Assembly: GCF_030144855.1 (NCBI RefSeq)
Contig: NW_026781254.1
Coordinates: forward strand, 124,001 to 188,000
Direction: 5' to 3'
DNA: 64,000 nt
Origin: Hypanus sabinus
Taxonomy: Eukaryota
Shown: positions 37,010-50,590 of the stretch, one piece after another
Layout of the letters: the number at the start of each line of letters is the position of its first letter
How positions within the stretch are numbered: position 1 is the first letter of the stretch
Position numbers and translations under genes: made by a program
Notes under the pieces: model-generated
The model's input: only the letters and a program-made list of their open reading frames with translations
The model's database searches: none
Told to the model about the DNA's origin: nothing

Positions 37010-37095
37010 AGAAGGGATGTCACGTCGCCATTGTTCATATAGTTGCGAGGCCGCCGCACTTGGAGAACCGGCGCTCCGTATTGGCCGCTCTCCAT
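37010..37095 (-). promoter_or_regulatory. CpG-rich promoter-like island
   Basis: On the minus strand: CCAAT (37080-37084), AACAATGGCG YY1-like site (37026-37035) and GACGTGAC CRE-like site. Confidence 0.35.
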
Positions 37096-37159
37096 TAGGA
37101 AACATAGTAATGAGCTTGAAAGAATGTAGAGGGAGATTTACGAGGATGTCGCAGGTGTT

Positions 37160-40100
37160 ACAGAAACATAAATAAAACAAAAAAACTACAGCACAATACA
37201 GGACTTTCGGCCTAGAAAGCTGTGCCGAACATGTTCTTACTTTAGAAATTACCTAGGGTTACACATAGCCCTCTATTTTTCTAAGCTCCAAGTTCCTATC
37301 CAGGTGTCTCTTAAAACTCCCTATCGTATCCGCCTCTACCACAGTCGCCGGCAGCCCATTCCACGCACTGACCACTCTCCGAGTAAATAACTTACCTCTG
37401 ATATCTCCTCTGGGGTATGAACCTTAAAGCACCTTAAAACTGTCCCCGTTCATTTTCGCATCATCTTTTACACCTCTATCAGGTAATCTCACATCCTCCG
37501 CCGCTCCAAGGAGAAAGCGCCGAGTACCTCAACCTGTTCTCATAAGGCATGCTCCCCAATCCAGGCAACACCTGTGTAAATTTCATCTGCACCCTTTCAA
37601 TGGCTTCCACATCCTTCCTGGAGGCGAACAGGATTGAGAACAGTACTCTAATTGCGGTCTCACCAGGGTCATATATAGCTGAAACATTACCTCTCAGCTC
37701 CTAAATTCAATTCCACAATTGATGAAAGCCAATACACCATACGCCTTCTTAACCACAGAGTCAATCTGCGCAGTTGCATTGAGTGTCCTGTGGTCTCGGA
37801 CCCCAGATCCCTCTGATCCCCCACACTGCCAAGAGTCTTACCATCAATACTATATTCTGCCATCACATTTGACCTACCAAAATGAAACACCTCAGACTTT
37901 TCACACCACCTACCACTTCTCAGTCGAGTTTAGCATCCCATCCATGTCCCGCTGTAAACTCTGATATCCCTCCATACTATCGACAACACCCCCAAGTTTT
38001 GTAACATCAACAAATTTACTATCTCATTCCTCAACGTCCTCATTCAGGTCATTTACAAAAATAAAACATCACGAACAGAAGATGTCTCAGAACAGATCCC
38101 TGAGGCATACCACTGGTCACCAACCTCCATGTAGAATATGACCGTCTACAATCACTCTTCGCCTTCTGTGGGCAAGCCAATTCTGGATCAACAAATCAGT
38201 GTCACCTTGGATCCCATGCCTCCTTACTTTCTCAATAAGCCTTGCATCGGACGCTTTATCAAATGCCTTGCTGAAATCCATATCCTCTACATCTGCTGCT
38301 CTACAGTCATCAAGGAATTTTGAGCGCCTTTGACAAAGCCATGCTTACTATTCTTAATAATATTATGACTCTCCAAATGTTCATAAATCCTGCCTCTGAG
38401 GATCTGCTCCATTAACTTACTAAACACTGAAGTAAGACTCAATGGTCTAAAATTTCCTGGGCTATCCCGACTCTGTTTCTTGAATACGAGAACAATATCT
38501 CAACTCTCCAATCATCCGGAAACACTCCTGTCCCCATTAATGATGCAACTATCATCACCAGAGGCTCAGCAGTCTCCTGCTTTGCCACCCACAGCAGCCT
38601 GGGAACATCTGCTCAGGTCCCGGAAATTAATCAAATTGATGCTTTCCAAAAGCTTCAGCACATCCCTTTTCTTAATGTCTGTATGCTCAAGCTTTTCAGT
38701 CCACTGTAAGTCATCCCTACAATCGCCAAATCTTTCTTTCTTTGGGTCCATACACACCATTCCACTATCACATTTGATTGGTCCTATTGTCTTTCGTCTT
38801 ATTTTCTTGCTCTTCACATACTTGCAGAATGCTTTGGGATTCTCCTTAATCCTGTCCGCCAAGGCCTTCTCATGGCCCCTTCCAGCTCTTCTGATTTCAT
38901 TCTTAAGCTCCTTCCTGCCAGCCTTATAATCTTCCAGATTCATATAATTATCTAATTTTTTGAAACTTTCGTAAGCTCTTCTTTTCTCCTTGACTAGATT
39001 TACAGCGACCTTTGTGCACCACGGATCTTGTACCCTACCGTCCTTTCCATGTCTCATTGGAACGTACCTACTCAGAACCCCACACAAATATCCCCTGAAC
39101 ATTTTCTACATTTCTTTGGTATGTTTTCCTGAGGACATCTGTTTCCAATTTATGCTTACAAGTTCAAGCCTGATAGCTTCATAGTTCCCCTGACTCCAAT
39201 TAAAGGTTTCCCTAACTTGCCTGTTTCTCTCCTCTCCAATGCTATGGTAAAGGAGATAGAATTGTGATCATTATCTTGAAAATGTTCTCCCACTGAGAGA
39301 ACTGAAACCTGATCGGGTTCGTTTCCAAATACCAGATCAAGTAAAGCCTCTCCGCTTGTAGACCTATATACATATTGTGCCAAGTAACCTTCTTGAACAT
39401 ACCTAACAAACTCCACACCACCTAAACCCCTTGCTCTAGGGAGATGCCAATCGGTATTTGGGAAATGACAATCTCCCATCACAACAACCAGGTTTTTATT
39501 ACACCTTTCCAAGGTGTAATGTCGCTGTTACTACTGGGTCGTCTATAAAAATACCTACAGTGTTATTGACACCTTCAAGCTCCTAACCTCCCCCCACAGA
39601 GACTCCGTAGTCAATCCCTCCATGACTCCCTTCTCTATCTCTAATCAACAGTGCCACACATCAATCTCTCTTATCTCCCACCCCGTCCTTTCTGAAACAT
39701 ATAAACCCGGCACTTGAAGTAACCATTCCTGTCCCTGCGCCATCTAATTCTCTGTAATGGCCACAACATCGTAACTACAAGTACTGATCCATGCTCTAAA
39801 CTCTTCTGGTTTGTTCATAATAAACTTTGCATTAAAATAGACACATTTCAAACCATCGGTCTGAGCGCCGCCCTTCTCTATCACCTGCCTATCCCCACTC
39901 TCGCTCTGTCCGTAAGCTTTCTCTGCATCTGAGACAACTGCTTCTTCCTCCGTCTCTTCAATTCGCTTCCCACCGCCCAGCAATACTCTTCCCAATAGCC
40001 TTAGCGAACACCCCCGCCAGGATATTGGTCCTACTGGGATTCAAGTGCAGCCCGTCCTTTTTGTTTAGGTCACGCCTACCCAAAAAGAAGTTTCACTGAT

Positions 40101-41070
40101 CCATTAATCTGAATCCCTGCCCCCTGCTCCAATCCCTCAGCCACGCATTTATCCTCCACATCATACTATTCCTATACTCATAGTTGCGTGGCACAGACAG
40201 TAATTCCGAGATTACTATCTTTGAGGTCCTGCATCTCTGCTTCCTTCCTAAATCCCTGTTTTCAGAACCTCCTCACTTTTCCTACCTATGTCACTGGTAC
40301 CAATATGTACCACGGCCTCAGGCTGTTCTCCTTCCCACCAGAATATTGTTGCCACAATCAGAAACATCCTGGACTTTGGCGCCTGGGAGGCAAACTACCA
40401 TCCGTATTTCTTCCCTTCGTCCAGAGAATCGCGTTTGACCTACAAACTACAGAGTCCCCTCACACTACTGCCTTCCTCTTCCTTTTCATACCCTTCTGAA
40501 CCACAGGGCCAGACTCTGTGCCAGAGGCGCGTCCACTGCTAACCCCCCCCCCCCCCCCCAAAGTACACAAACAGGAGTATTATTTTTAAGGGAGACAGCC
40601 ACAGGGGTATCACCTAGTCTCTGTCTCATTCCCTTCACACTTATCTGTTTCTCGAGGCCCCGGTGTGACTACCTGCCTATAGCTCCTATCTACCACCTCC
40701 TCAATCTCCCAGATAAGATCAAGGTAATCGAACTGCATCTCCAGCTCCCTAACGCGGTCCCTAAGGAGCTGCAGCTCGACGCACCTTGCGCAGATGTTGC
40801 CGTCCAGGAGGCTGGGAGTCTCCAGGACACCTCACATCTGACACCCCACACAGACCAACGGCCTCACACGGACACCTCCTGTCTCTAATTCTGCACAGGC
40901 AACGACCTCACCTTGTCCCGTTATCGCTTGAGCCCTTTGAGACAAAGCCCTGCTACTCTATCTCCCTCTACTCGTTCGCCCGCTCTGTAAAGCCTTCTCG
41001 CTTTTAAACTCTCCTCGCTGTTCCAACTGGTTGACTTACACGCGCTTGCGCAATCATTCCCCGATCGAAC
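37160..41070 (-). mobile_element. CR1 LINE, near full length (5' region, ORF1, ORF2), decayed
   Basis: 3' tail near 37160; ORFs 38566..39102, 39156..39512 (MGDCHFP, LLDLV) and 39744..39995 (CVYFNA, VAITE); ORF1 remnants about 40000-40810. Confidence 0.9.
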
Positions 41071-42024
41071 TGCTAGTGAAATAATCGGGTGTTCTGTACA
41101 TTCCTAATACCTGCCTTCACTGACGGGAGAGGTCATAATGCGATAATATTGCTCTGAATCGGATAACGTAGCGTTTCTTTTCCCAATAGGTAAAGTATGT
41201 GGTTGCAGTGGAGTCGATGTCTAGGTGTATCACTAGGAATCTGTCGAAGATGTGGCAGATCAGATAAGAGCGGAGTATCTGTCATTCTCACGTTGAAGTG
41301 CAGAAGGAAGAGATTTTCCATACAGATGTTTAAAATTATTAGCGACATATTTGTGATCAGTACTGATAACAATTTCCACATATAAGTTGCATGTAATAGG
41401 AAGGGCATAGGTTTCGTGAAAGTGTAGGTTTAGCTTAAGTTAGCGTGAGATATTGAGTTGTTAGTTTCCGTATGTCGTAAGGAAATGACTCCGCCGTTTA
41501 GTCTCACACCTGCCGCCCCTGGCTACTGTACTTTCAGTGCATTGGGGGGAAAGACGGTTCTGAGTGCATGGACTACTCCCTATTCATCACATTTTGATTC
41601 TTATGGCACTGTCTTTGTCTGTGCCCTTCTCCACCGCCATCGTGAGGCAGACTGGATGCCTTGCAACGATGGGAATTAACTGAGATTTATTTTTCCCTTA
41701 AAGCTGCTGGACTGCCATGTCACTGCTTTTATGGTGATGTTCATGTCCTTTTCTCGTCCCTAAAGAAAGACCAGTATTTCACTCCCCACCGAGATTGAAT
41801 AAGGCTCCATGATCTCCAATTTTCTTGACCCCGTTCCGAGGATGACTGTTAACTAGTTTGTCTCTCCACGCAGTCTCTTGGTTTTTACTGGGTTTTCCAT
41901 TGATATTGTTTTGGGCAGAGGTCGTCCATTCACCACCATTTTCTCCCAACCTCTCTCCAATTTGATTGGGGTTACCTTTCATCGAGGTTCCATACTCCGA
42001 CTAATGGACAGACTATGAGGATGA

Positions 42025-42700
42025 GCACAAGACGTACAAAAAGGCTGGATGAACTCAGCAGGTCGGTCAGCATCCATTGAAAAAAAAACAGTCAACGTTT
42101 CGAGTCGAGTCCCTTCGTCATGTCTAAAAAAGGAGGGGGCAGGTTGGGGGGGAGGGTGGAAAACCAATCAGAGGAAAGACCAAAGGGTGGGGGAGGGGAA
42201 GCAGGGAGGGGATACGCAGGAGAGGCGAAGAAGTAATCTAAGGGGTAGTAGAAGAAGGCAGAGTCATGAAAGGTGATAGGCAGCTAGAAGAGGAAGCAGA
42301 GTGAAGGTGGGATGCGGGAAGGGAGAGGGAGGGAATTACTGGAAGTTGGAGTATTCGATGATCATATCAAGGGACTGGAGACTACCCAGACGGTATATAA
42401 GATGTTGTTCTTCCTACCGAAGTTTCGCCTCATCATGGCAGTAGAGGAGGCCATGTCTGGACATATCCGAATGGGAATGTGAAGCAGTGTTGAAGTGAGT
42501 GACAACCGGGAGATCCTGTCTGTTGTGACGGACGGAGTGGAGGTTCGCGACAAAGCGGCCCCCCAATCTGCGTCGGGTCTCGCCAATGACCGGGAGAACC
42601 GGATGCAATAGATTCCCCCAACAGACTCATAAGTAAATTGTTGCCTCACCGGGAAGGACTGTTGAGGATGAACAATTGGCTGCCTCTCGTAGTGATCATT
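42025..42700 (-). mobile_element. Penelope-like element 3' fragment (GIY-YIG endonuclease)
   Basis: GIYCI and IGETRRRLGGRF..THFN..HSHSD motifs in ORFs 42362..42784 and 42414..42608; typical 3' terminal sequence with gaaacgttgac and gctgagttcatccag. Confidence 0.85.
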
Positions 42701-42789
42701 TAACCTTGGCCGAGTTCTCCCATAACTTCCTTCACCTATCGACATTGGGTATGACTCCTTTCGAATGTCAAATTTGAGTTTCACCCCAC

Positions 42790-44048
42790 TCTGAACAGGG
42801 TGTAGTGGTTAAGGTTCCCTTAGCAGAACAATTTCTTCAGAAGTGGAAATAAAACCTAAAACGTTCCAGAGCTTTTTGCTCAACCCGGCAACAGGCCAGC
42901 GCCAACAGAAGGAGCCAGCTGGGTCTCCCTTTCTAAATTTGTCAGCGGATCTGGCCTTCAAACTAAAGATTCTCTACTGGATCTAGCATGGAGGAAAATA
43001 GCTGTTCTCTTTATGGATGGCATCAAAGTCTTTCGGAAAATTAACCGCGTAGCATGCAGGTTACAGCTTTCCCGTTCTGTGCGATATCATCCCACCTTTC
43101 AATTATCTCTTTGATCCCAGTCTCCACGCCCGACCAAGGATCGTAGATGGCGACTCTATCTGCACCGTTCATAGACATTAAGGGGGATAATTAACATAGT
43201 TGAGACTGCAAGGGTTATGGTCAGCATATGAGTGTTGTGTTCATTCCAGTGATATTGTGGATCTTGGCGTTATGTCGGAACACCATTGTGTTCGTGGTCA
43301 GCGGGTGCCGGCAGGAGGGAGGGATTTTGTCAGACGAATATTCTGCCGGCTCTGCGCCTTCGTTTAATTAAACATCACTATAATGCATTGTCACCCTTCC
43401 GTTTTTTTATGTGGTATAGTTGGCTCTTCTCTCGTTTATATTAAAGTTGAATTGTCATCGGATACTTCCCATCGATTCTCCTCGAGATCTTGCAGAAATC
43501 CAATTGAGTATTCTTGGACGAGTGTTTCTTATCAGAATGGTAACTTGTAAGCTTTTCAGAGGTCGGGGGCTTTAATTAGCTGGGCCGGCTTCCTTGGTGA
43601 CCTGGAGCGTATTTAAGGGAACCGTGCTAGCACTTCCGGACTCGGTAGTCCTAATCCTTGTCCAGTGAAGTTAAAGCCGCGTTATTACCAGTTATCCCGG
43701 CGAAGTGTCAGTGCAGTAATGGAAATTGTGTAAGGAATTTCTTACCTTTCGCCCTTTTGGGCTGGGGATTTCCAATACCATCTCTCTTTTCCACGCCTAT
43801 TTTGCCAGTCCATTCTCTCCCCTTTCTCTGTGCTCTCCACCTCTTCTATTTTATATCCGACGTCTCTGATGTCTTTCCTTCAGTCTGCAGCGACTCCTTC
43901 GGTCCCCGTCACGCTCTGACCTCCGGTTCTGGCTGTTACCCTGTCGGAGCAGCTCCGTTGGATAAGCACTGTTCCCGGAAGACGTTGGTTAATTTAGATA
44001 TCTCAAATGTCTCCCGAAACTATAAATAAAGGCCATGTTACTGTGACA
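42790..44048 (+). mobile_element. Chromodomain-bearing Gypsy (Sushi-like) 3' end with 3' LTR (43328-44048)
   Basis: KINRVACRLQL..YHPTF integrase C-terminal motif; decayed QGYG chromodomain near 43190-43270; purine-rich PPT; LTR bounded by TGTCA..TGACA with AATAAA at 44025. Confidence 0.7.
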
Positions 44049-44679
44049 GACGTAATGGCAGGACCAGAATCCAGGGTGCTTGTTGTGGTGTAGAACAACA
44101 TTTTGAAAAGCACTCTCTATCTGAGTAGTGCAAATTGTACCAAGTAAAGTCACTCAAACCTCAGTTAATGCCTGTCTATTATTTGTTGTAATGTACCAGG
44201 TACTTTACTTTATAAACCCATTATATGACAACTGATTGGTAAATCATTCGTGTGTATATTGCAGCCTGGAAATCAACTCCCGGATATCCGTTAGTCCACA
44301 AGTAAATTTCCTGAACACGCCGATTCAATCCCAGTCTCGAATTCTCTCCCAGTTAACCTCAGCGGCCACTGATATTGTGATTCTGGAGATATGCATCCTC
44401 CCTATACTAATATTGGAGATGCCCTGTGTAAGATCACTGACACTATCAGTCACTTGCTGGCGACTTTAACCAGGCGAAGTTAAGGACTTTCCTGCTTAAG
44501 TACTGTCAGCTTGTTGTATTTGCCACCAGAGTTGAGAGCACGTTAGTACTGATTTATACCAACATCCCTGGTGCAGAAAGCTCTGCCAACCGTCGTTACC
44601 TCGGATTTTCTGATCACGTGTCTGTTAGACTAAATTCCTGCCTACCGACCGCGGATTAAACGAGTTGAACCGGTTCGAA

Positions 44680-46050
44680 GGGAGATAGAGACCCTGCGCG
44701 GAGGAGCAGCCTCGGCATTGCTGGACAGTTGTGAATATAAGGACTGGGACATGTTCTGGGAAGCAGCTATCAATGACCATCACATTAACATCAATGAGTG
44801 TGTTAGATCTGTGACTGAATACGCAGGGGCGTGCATTGAGGACGTTACGGTTATAAAGCACAAATATCTGAGTGCGAAGCGGAAGCCAAGGCTGACAGCA
44901 GAGGTTGCGGCACAATGCTACTACAATGGGTCCTGTCGCTGAACACGGTCCACTGAGTCTCCGCACTCCCTTCCGTCTTGTCCCACCTGGAAAATAGTGT
45001 CTCATCTGCCAGGATGCAGTATATCGCATTTAGCTCGGCGTTCAGTGCTATCAGCCGTCAAATGCTCGTGGGTAATCTTTCCTTGTTGTGACTCGAAAAC
45101 ATCTCTGTGCAACTGGATCCCTGATTTCTTGGCATGAAAAAAGCCACAGTCAGTCCGTCTAGGCAGATACATCTCCAGCACCATTACGCTGAGTAGCAGT
45201 TCCCCCAGGACTGCACGCTCAGCTCGCCGATGTTCACGTTACAGGCGCATAACTACATTGCTAGATCGAGCTCTGCACTAATCACCCAGTTCGCAGTACT
45301 TGGCCACATCAACCACGACGGCGACACGGCGCACATGGAGGAGGTAGAGCTGCTGACAGACTTAACAAACTGTGTCTCAAGGTGGACAATCAAAGAGATG
45401 ATTCTGGTCTTTAATAAGATGCAGGCTGCTCCGTCTCACTGCACACACACGACTCGGCCGTGGAAAAAGTTCGAAGTACCAAGTTTCTGGTTGAACACAT
45501 GCGTGTTCTCAACACCACGTTTTTGGTCACAAACGCGCAGCAAAGTACTTTCCCTCAGAGTCTGAAACGAGTGAGGCTCACCATCCCCCATTATGACCAA
45601 TAACGCGTCTGTATACCAGCTGGTACGGGAATTGCAAAGCATCTGACCGCAGGTCAACACAAAGGATTGCCAAGAGAGCTGAGAGGATGTAAGACCTGTA
45701 AAAGTACCCTCTCGTCCTTCCAGCAATCCCCATAAACCCGTACCACCAGGCAGGAGGTACCATAGCATCAGTCCAAAGACTGTTACAATAGGGAACAGCT
45801 TCATTCCCCGAGCCTTAAGAAGATTGAACACCCTGTCACAACCGATTTATCATCATACATGAAGCGCCAGTAGCGCTATACTATTTTGTTTTAACTTGTG
45901 CCGCATATACACCTTATTTCTTAATTTTCTAGTGGTAACATTACATTTGTGTGAATAACATGCACTGTGTTGTGCGCTTTAGTCGGCAGGAACGTTGTTT
46001 CGTTTGGTGGTATACATTTGTACCGTTGAATGACAGCAAACTTTTTTATA
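44680..46050 (+). mobile_element. Rex1/Babar-like LINE fragment
   Basis: DWDMFWEA..VTEY..CIEDV..KPRLTAEV in 44718..44942; SLCNWIPDFL and decayed RT in 45230..45565. Confidence 0.75.
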
Positions 46051-47064
46051 TGTATAAACCTTTATATTGATTCGAAAATTCACGCTTCAATTCACTCTCT
46101 GGTAGTTGCTATTGTATTAATAAACCAGTCGAATCGCACGATCGGATGTCAGCCTGTAACTCACTCCCTTGATCCGGTTTATCTATATTATAATTTTTCG
46201 GACATATCTGTTGGAATCCGAACGACTGATCAACTTCGGCTATCTGATATTCTGCTCATTATCCACTCACGACACCCCGTGGGCCACCTCGATTAGAGTC
46301 CAGCCGAGAACCTGTTATTCTTTCTGTAAGCCAGCTCACGATGAAATTAGTCAGGGGTAGTTCATTCCAGTGGCATCCCTAAATGTGACATCCCCTGTCG
46401 GAACTTCACGGTGAAACTCATATACAATGTGTTGACCTTTCTCAGTCTGATATTCTGGGGATACATCCTGCTTGATCCCCGAGAATGGATTTCTGTTTGA
46501 AGCGCAAACCTGGATCTCTGCTGTTCTATATATAATGCCCACTCACAATTTAATCCTCAACGGGTCTCCGCCTTTCTCGTAGCTATATCCCTCTGCCATC
46601 CTGAACAGGACGAGTGTCCGGGGAATCAGGAATATCGTGCGCATGATGTACAGGAGGTTCAGAAGGAGGGAGGTGGATGTCTGGAGGAAAGCAGCATTCA
46701 GAACAATATGAGCCGATTCTGTTTGCTGTCGGTAAATAATGGTGTTCCGCAGGGGTCGGTATTAAAATCAACGATTTGGATGAAAGAATTAATAGCTTGG
46801 TGACCACCTTTGCAGTTGATATGAAGGTAGGTTAGAGCTAAGCAGATATCTGCAGGAGGACTCGGAGGGATTTGGAGAACAGGCGATGAAGTGGCAGATG
46901 AAATATCGGTAGATGTCTGAGGGGAGATTTTACAAAATGACAAACACGAAAAAATTAGTACTGACGAAGGGTCTCGGCCAGAAACGTTTACTGCAGTTCT
47001 TCCTACAGATGCTGCCTGACCTGCTGCGTTCACCAGCATTGTGTTTGTGCCAAATAAAAAGGCG

Positions 47065-50000
47065 AATGGAGAGTGTAAATGCAAGCGGGCTTTCTCCACT
47101 GATGTTGGGCGAGAATACAACTGGAGATCATGGGCGAATGGTGAAATGTGAAATGTTTAAGGGAAACATGAGGGGAAACTACATCACCCAGAGGGTGGTC
47201 AGAGTGTAGACAGTACTGCCAACACAAATGGTAATTGAGATTCCGATTTCAACATTTAAGAGATGACTAAAAGGTACACGGATGAGAGGGATATGGATGG
47301 CCACGGTCCGGGTGCAGTCGATGGCAGTATGCAGTGTAAATAATTCCTCACGGATCTGGCAGACTGAAGACTCTGTTTCTGTGTCGTGGTTCCCTATGGC
47401 TGTGTCTGACTGTATGTCCGGGTTAGAACGTTAGTGTCTCACAGCACCGACCAATCTAGAAAGTCGTTGATACTGTTTTATCCCTCTGTCCTTGCACACA
47501 CTGAAGCATGGAGAGTGATGTAAATTGGATTCTTACAGCATTAGAAGATGGAAGTGCAGGTGTGAGATGATAAAGGGAGTATCACACTACAGGAATATGC
47601 CTTCATTCCTTCAGTAAGGCGGTAAAGGCAGTAGTTCCGGACTGAATTTGGGTGTGACAGTGATCCCAGTACAGTGAACAAATCTGTTGTTCAATCGGTG
47701 GTAATGGGGATCATTAACCCCGATACTATACAACAAATTGTTCATTTAATCGGAATCCTATTCTTGGTCAGAGTTTGGAGGGGAGAAATTCTGACAGTCG
47801 TTGGAGGATTGGAGCTGTGGAAACGTCATATTTTAATTGTGTTGAGTGTTAATTCGTGGACGACACATTACTTTCTGTGTCTCTTTCTCTTGGAATCGGA
47901 ATGCTTTATTAAATGTCGTATGACTGCAATTAAAGTTGCTGTTAACTATTGAACAAATAAGACCATGACATTTTCTACGATATTCTGAAAATATGAATGC
48001 ATTGCGGATGTAAAATATAGCACGAGGTTTGGATATAACTGAGTTCAATTAAAAGAGAGAGAGAAAGATTACGGCCATAAATGGCTTTATGTGAGTCGAG
48101 TGGTACTTCAATTTGTGGTGCGGGGGTGTGATTAAATTAGTTTTCCTTTTCACCATACACATGACAAAACAATTGTGACACCTTACGGGAAGTGATTTCA
48201 ATGAACTGGTGCGAAATTCGGAGGCTGCGTATATTTCCGAATTTGTAAGAAGTGTTAGTGTATGTGAGTCTCACCCCTCCACATCTCACTCTCCAAGGTT
48301 CTTTAGAATACGCGCGGCGGCCTTTTGCTTTGGGAATTGTTTATTCTGTATTCTCCGATTGCCTGCGATGGTTTTGAAGGAAGACAAATGAAAGCAGGGA
48401 CGTTTGCTTTGCCTTCGCCTCGTTTTTAGTTTATAAACATATAACAACTACAGCACGGAAACTGGCTATTTCTACCCTTCTAGTCCGTGCCGAAAGCTTA
48501 CTCTCACCTAGTCCCACTGGCCCGCACTCAGCCCATTACCCTCCATTGCTTTCTGTCCATATACCTATCCAATTTTACTTTAAATGACAATACCGAACCT
48601 ACCTCTACCACTTCTATTGGAAGCTCAGTCTTCACAGCTACCACTCTCTGAGTAAAGAAATACCCTTCGTGTTACCCATAAACTTTTGCCTATTAACTTT
48701 CAAATAATTTCCTTTTGTTTGAATCTCCCTTACTCTCAATGGACAAAGCCTATCCACGTCAACTCGATCTATCCCCCTCATAATTTTAAATACTTCCATC
48801 GACCCCCCTCAACCTTCTACGCTCCAAAGAATAAAGACCTTATTGTTCAACCATTACCTGTAACTTAGGTACTGAAACTCAGGTACCATTCCAGTAAATC
48901 TTGTCTGTACTCTCTCTATTTTGTTGACATCTTTCCTATAATTCGATGACCAGAACTGTACACAATACTCCAAGTTCGGGCTTGTACAATGCCTTGTACA
49001 ATTTTAACATTACATCCCAAATCCTATACTCAACGATCTGATTTATAAAGGCCAGCATACCAAAAGCTTTCTTCACCACACTATCCACATGCGATTCCAC
49101 CTTCAGGGAACTATGCACCATTATTCCGAGATCACTTTGATCTACTGCACACCTCAGTGCCCTACCATTTACCATGCATATCCTATTTGGCTATTCCTAC
49201 CAAAATGTAGCACCTGACACTTGTCAGCATTATACTCCATCTGCCATCGTTCAGCCCAATCTTCTAATTGGCCTAAATATCTCCAAGCTTTGAAAACCTA
49301 CTGCATTATCCACAACGACACCTACCTTACTTTTATCTGCATGCTCACTAAACCAATTTACCATTCCATCATCCAGATCAGTAATGTATATGACAAACAA
49401 CACTGGAACCAATACAGATCCCTGAGGCACACCACTAGTCACTGGACTCTAACGTGACAAACAGTATTCCACCACCACTACCAGGAATCACCCATCAAGC
49501 CACTGTTGAATCCATTTTACTACTTCAATATTAATGCCTAACGATTGAATACCCAGATGGCCGTTTAATGGAAACACATATTTCATACCATTCCTCTGCT
49601 CTTCTCTGAATTTTCTCTGTTTCAGTGTATAGATACAGGTATTGGTGCACATGCTGAGAAATTGCAACATGTACCCAAATTGCTATAGGATGTATACCGG
49701 GGCACTCAAATATCTGTTCTCATAAAAATAGTTTTGCACTTGCCATTTCAGAGAATGGGCTACATAGGGCATCCAAAATAATATGAAATTAGCTGATATA
49801 GAAAACACCAAAATCATCGATTTTCTGCGATTTTCCACCTCGGCATCTTTCTGATTGTCGGGGCTGTGCCGAAGCTTTCTGCGGACTCTATTTGCCACAA
49901 CGATATGTCTTATGGTTAACCCGTTAAGCACAAGGATTAATCCGATTGGTAGCAATGGTGTTAAAATGCTCTCCAGTAATTCGTATCCTCTCCACACGGG

Positions 50001-50590
50001 TGAAGTAGTGTATTCATTTGTGAGGGCGCAGCGCCACGGCGTGTTATCAATGATGACGTAAGGTTCAATGACCAAGTAAAACGGGACACCTCTCCCGCAG
50101 CTCACTATAACCACGGTCACGATAACCACCGTTGCTGTTCTCCCGGTGCAGTATCGCTCCCGCAGCTTTCGGCAACATATTGCGATGAAGCGATCGAAGG
50201 TAAAACTGACCGTGAACCAAACAGAACAGTCCGTTGTTACGACCCGAAATACAAGTGTCAGAGCGCATAAAGGAGTGATGAGCAGGGATCTGGAATAAAT
50301 GTAGATATTGTTCGTCTGTTCCACCAAAGCCAAAACGATAACCACCATCAGATCTGCTGTTGCCATTCCAACCAGGTGACGGGTGATGCATTTGGAGAGT
50401 CCGCATTTTCCTCAAGATAGGATCACAATTGCCGTTAAATTGACTGCAAGAAATTTGGAAACAAAATAGATATATTGTCAGCTCCCTGAATGCCCCCATT
50501 CTTCCGATGCTATGCAGGGTATGGTCTGTTTGGAAGTGGAAAGCGGGAATCCAGTGTGTGCGGTCTCGCTCGCTGCACTCCGGTTGAAGG
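47065..50590. repeat. Segmental duplication unit 1 (paralogous to about 56810-62175)
   Basis: Colinear non-TE homology, e.g. 47420-48430 with 57760-58750, plus the GPCR exon and intron 49554-50590 with 61135-62175. Confidence 0.9.
48432..49553 (-). mobile_element. CR1 LINE 3' fragment fused to the 3' end of GPCR copy 1
   Basis: ORFs 49251..49442 (SGVPQGSVL, HADKSK) and 48936..49175; tail near 48432. Confidence 0.9.

Noticed and set aside
36886-37095. 69-aa ORF with faint OB-fold (RPA1N/RADX-like) resemblance (PVLQV, LLLSDE, KCCLH)
   Set aside because: The similarity is too short to support by eye, there is no convincing donor site, and the DNA is explained equally well as a promoter-like island.
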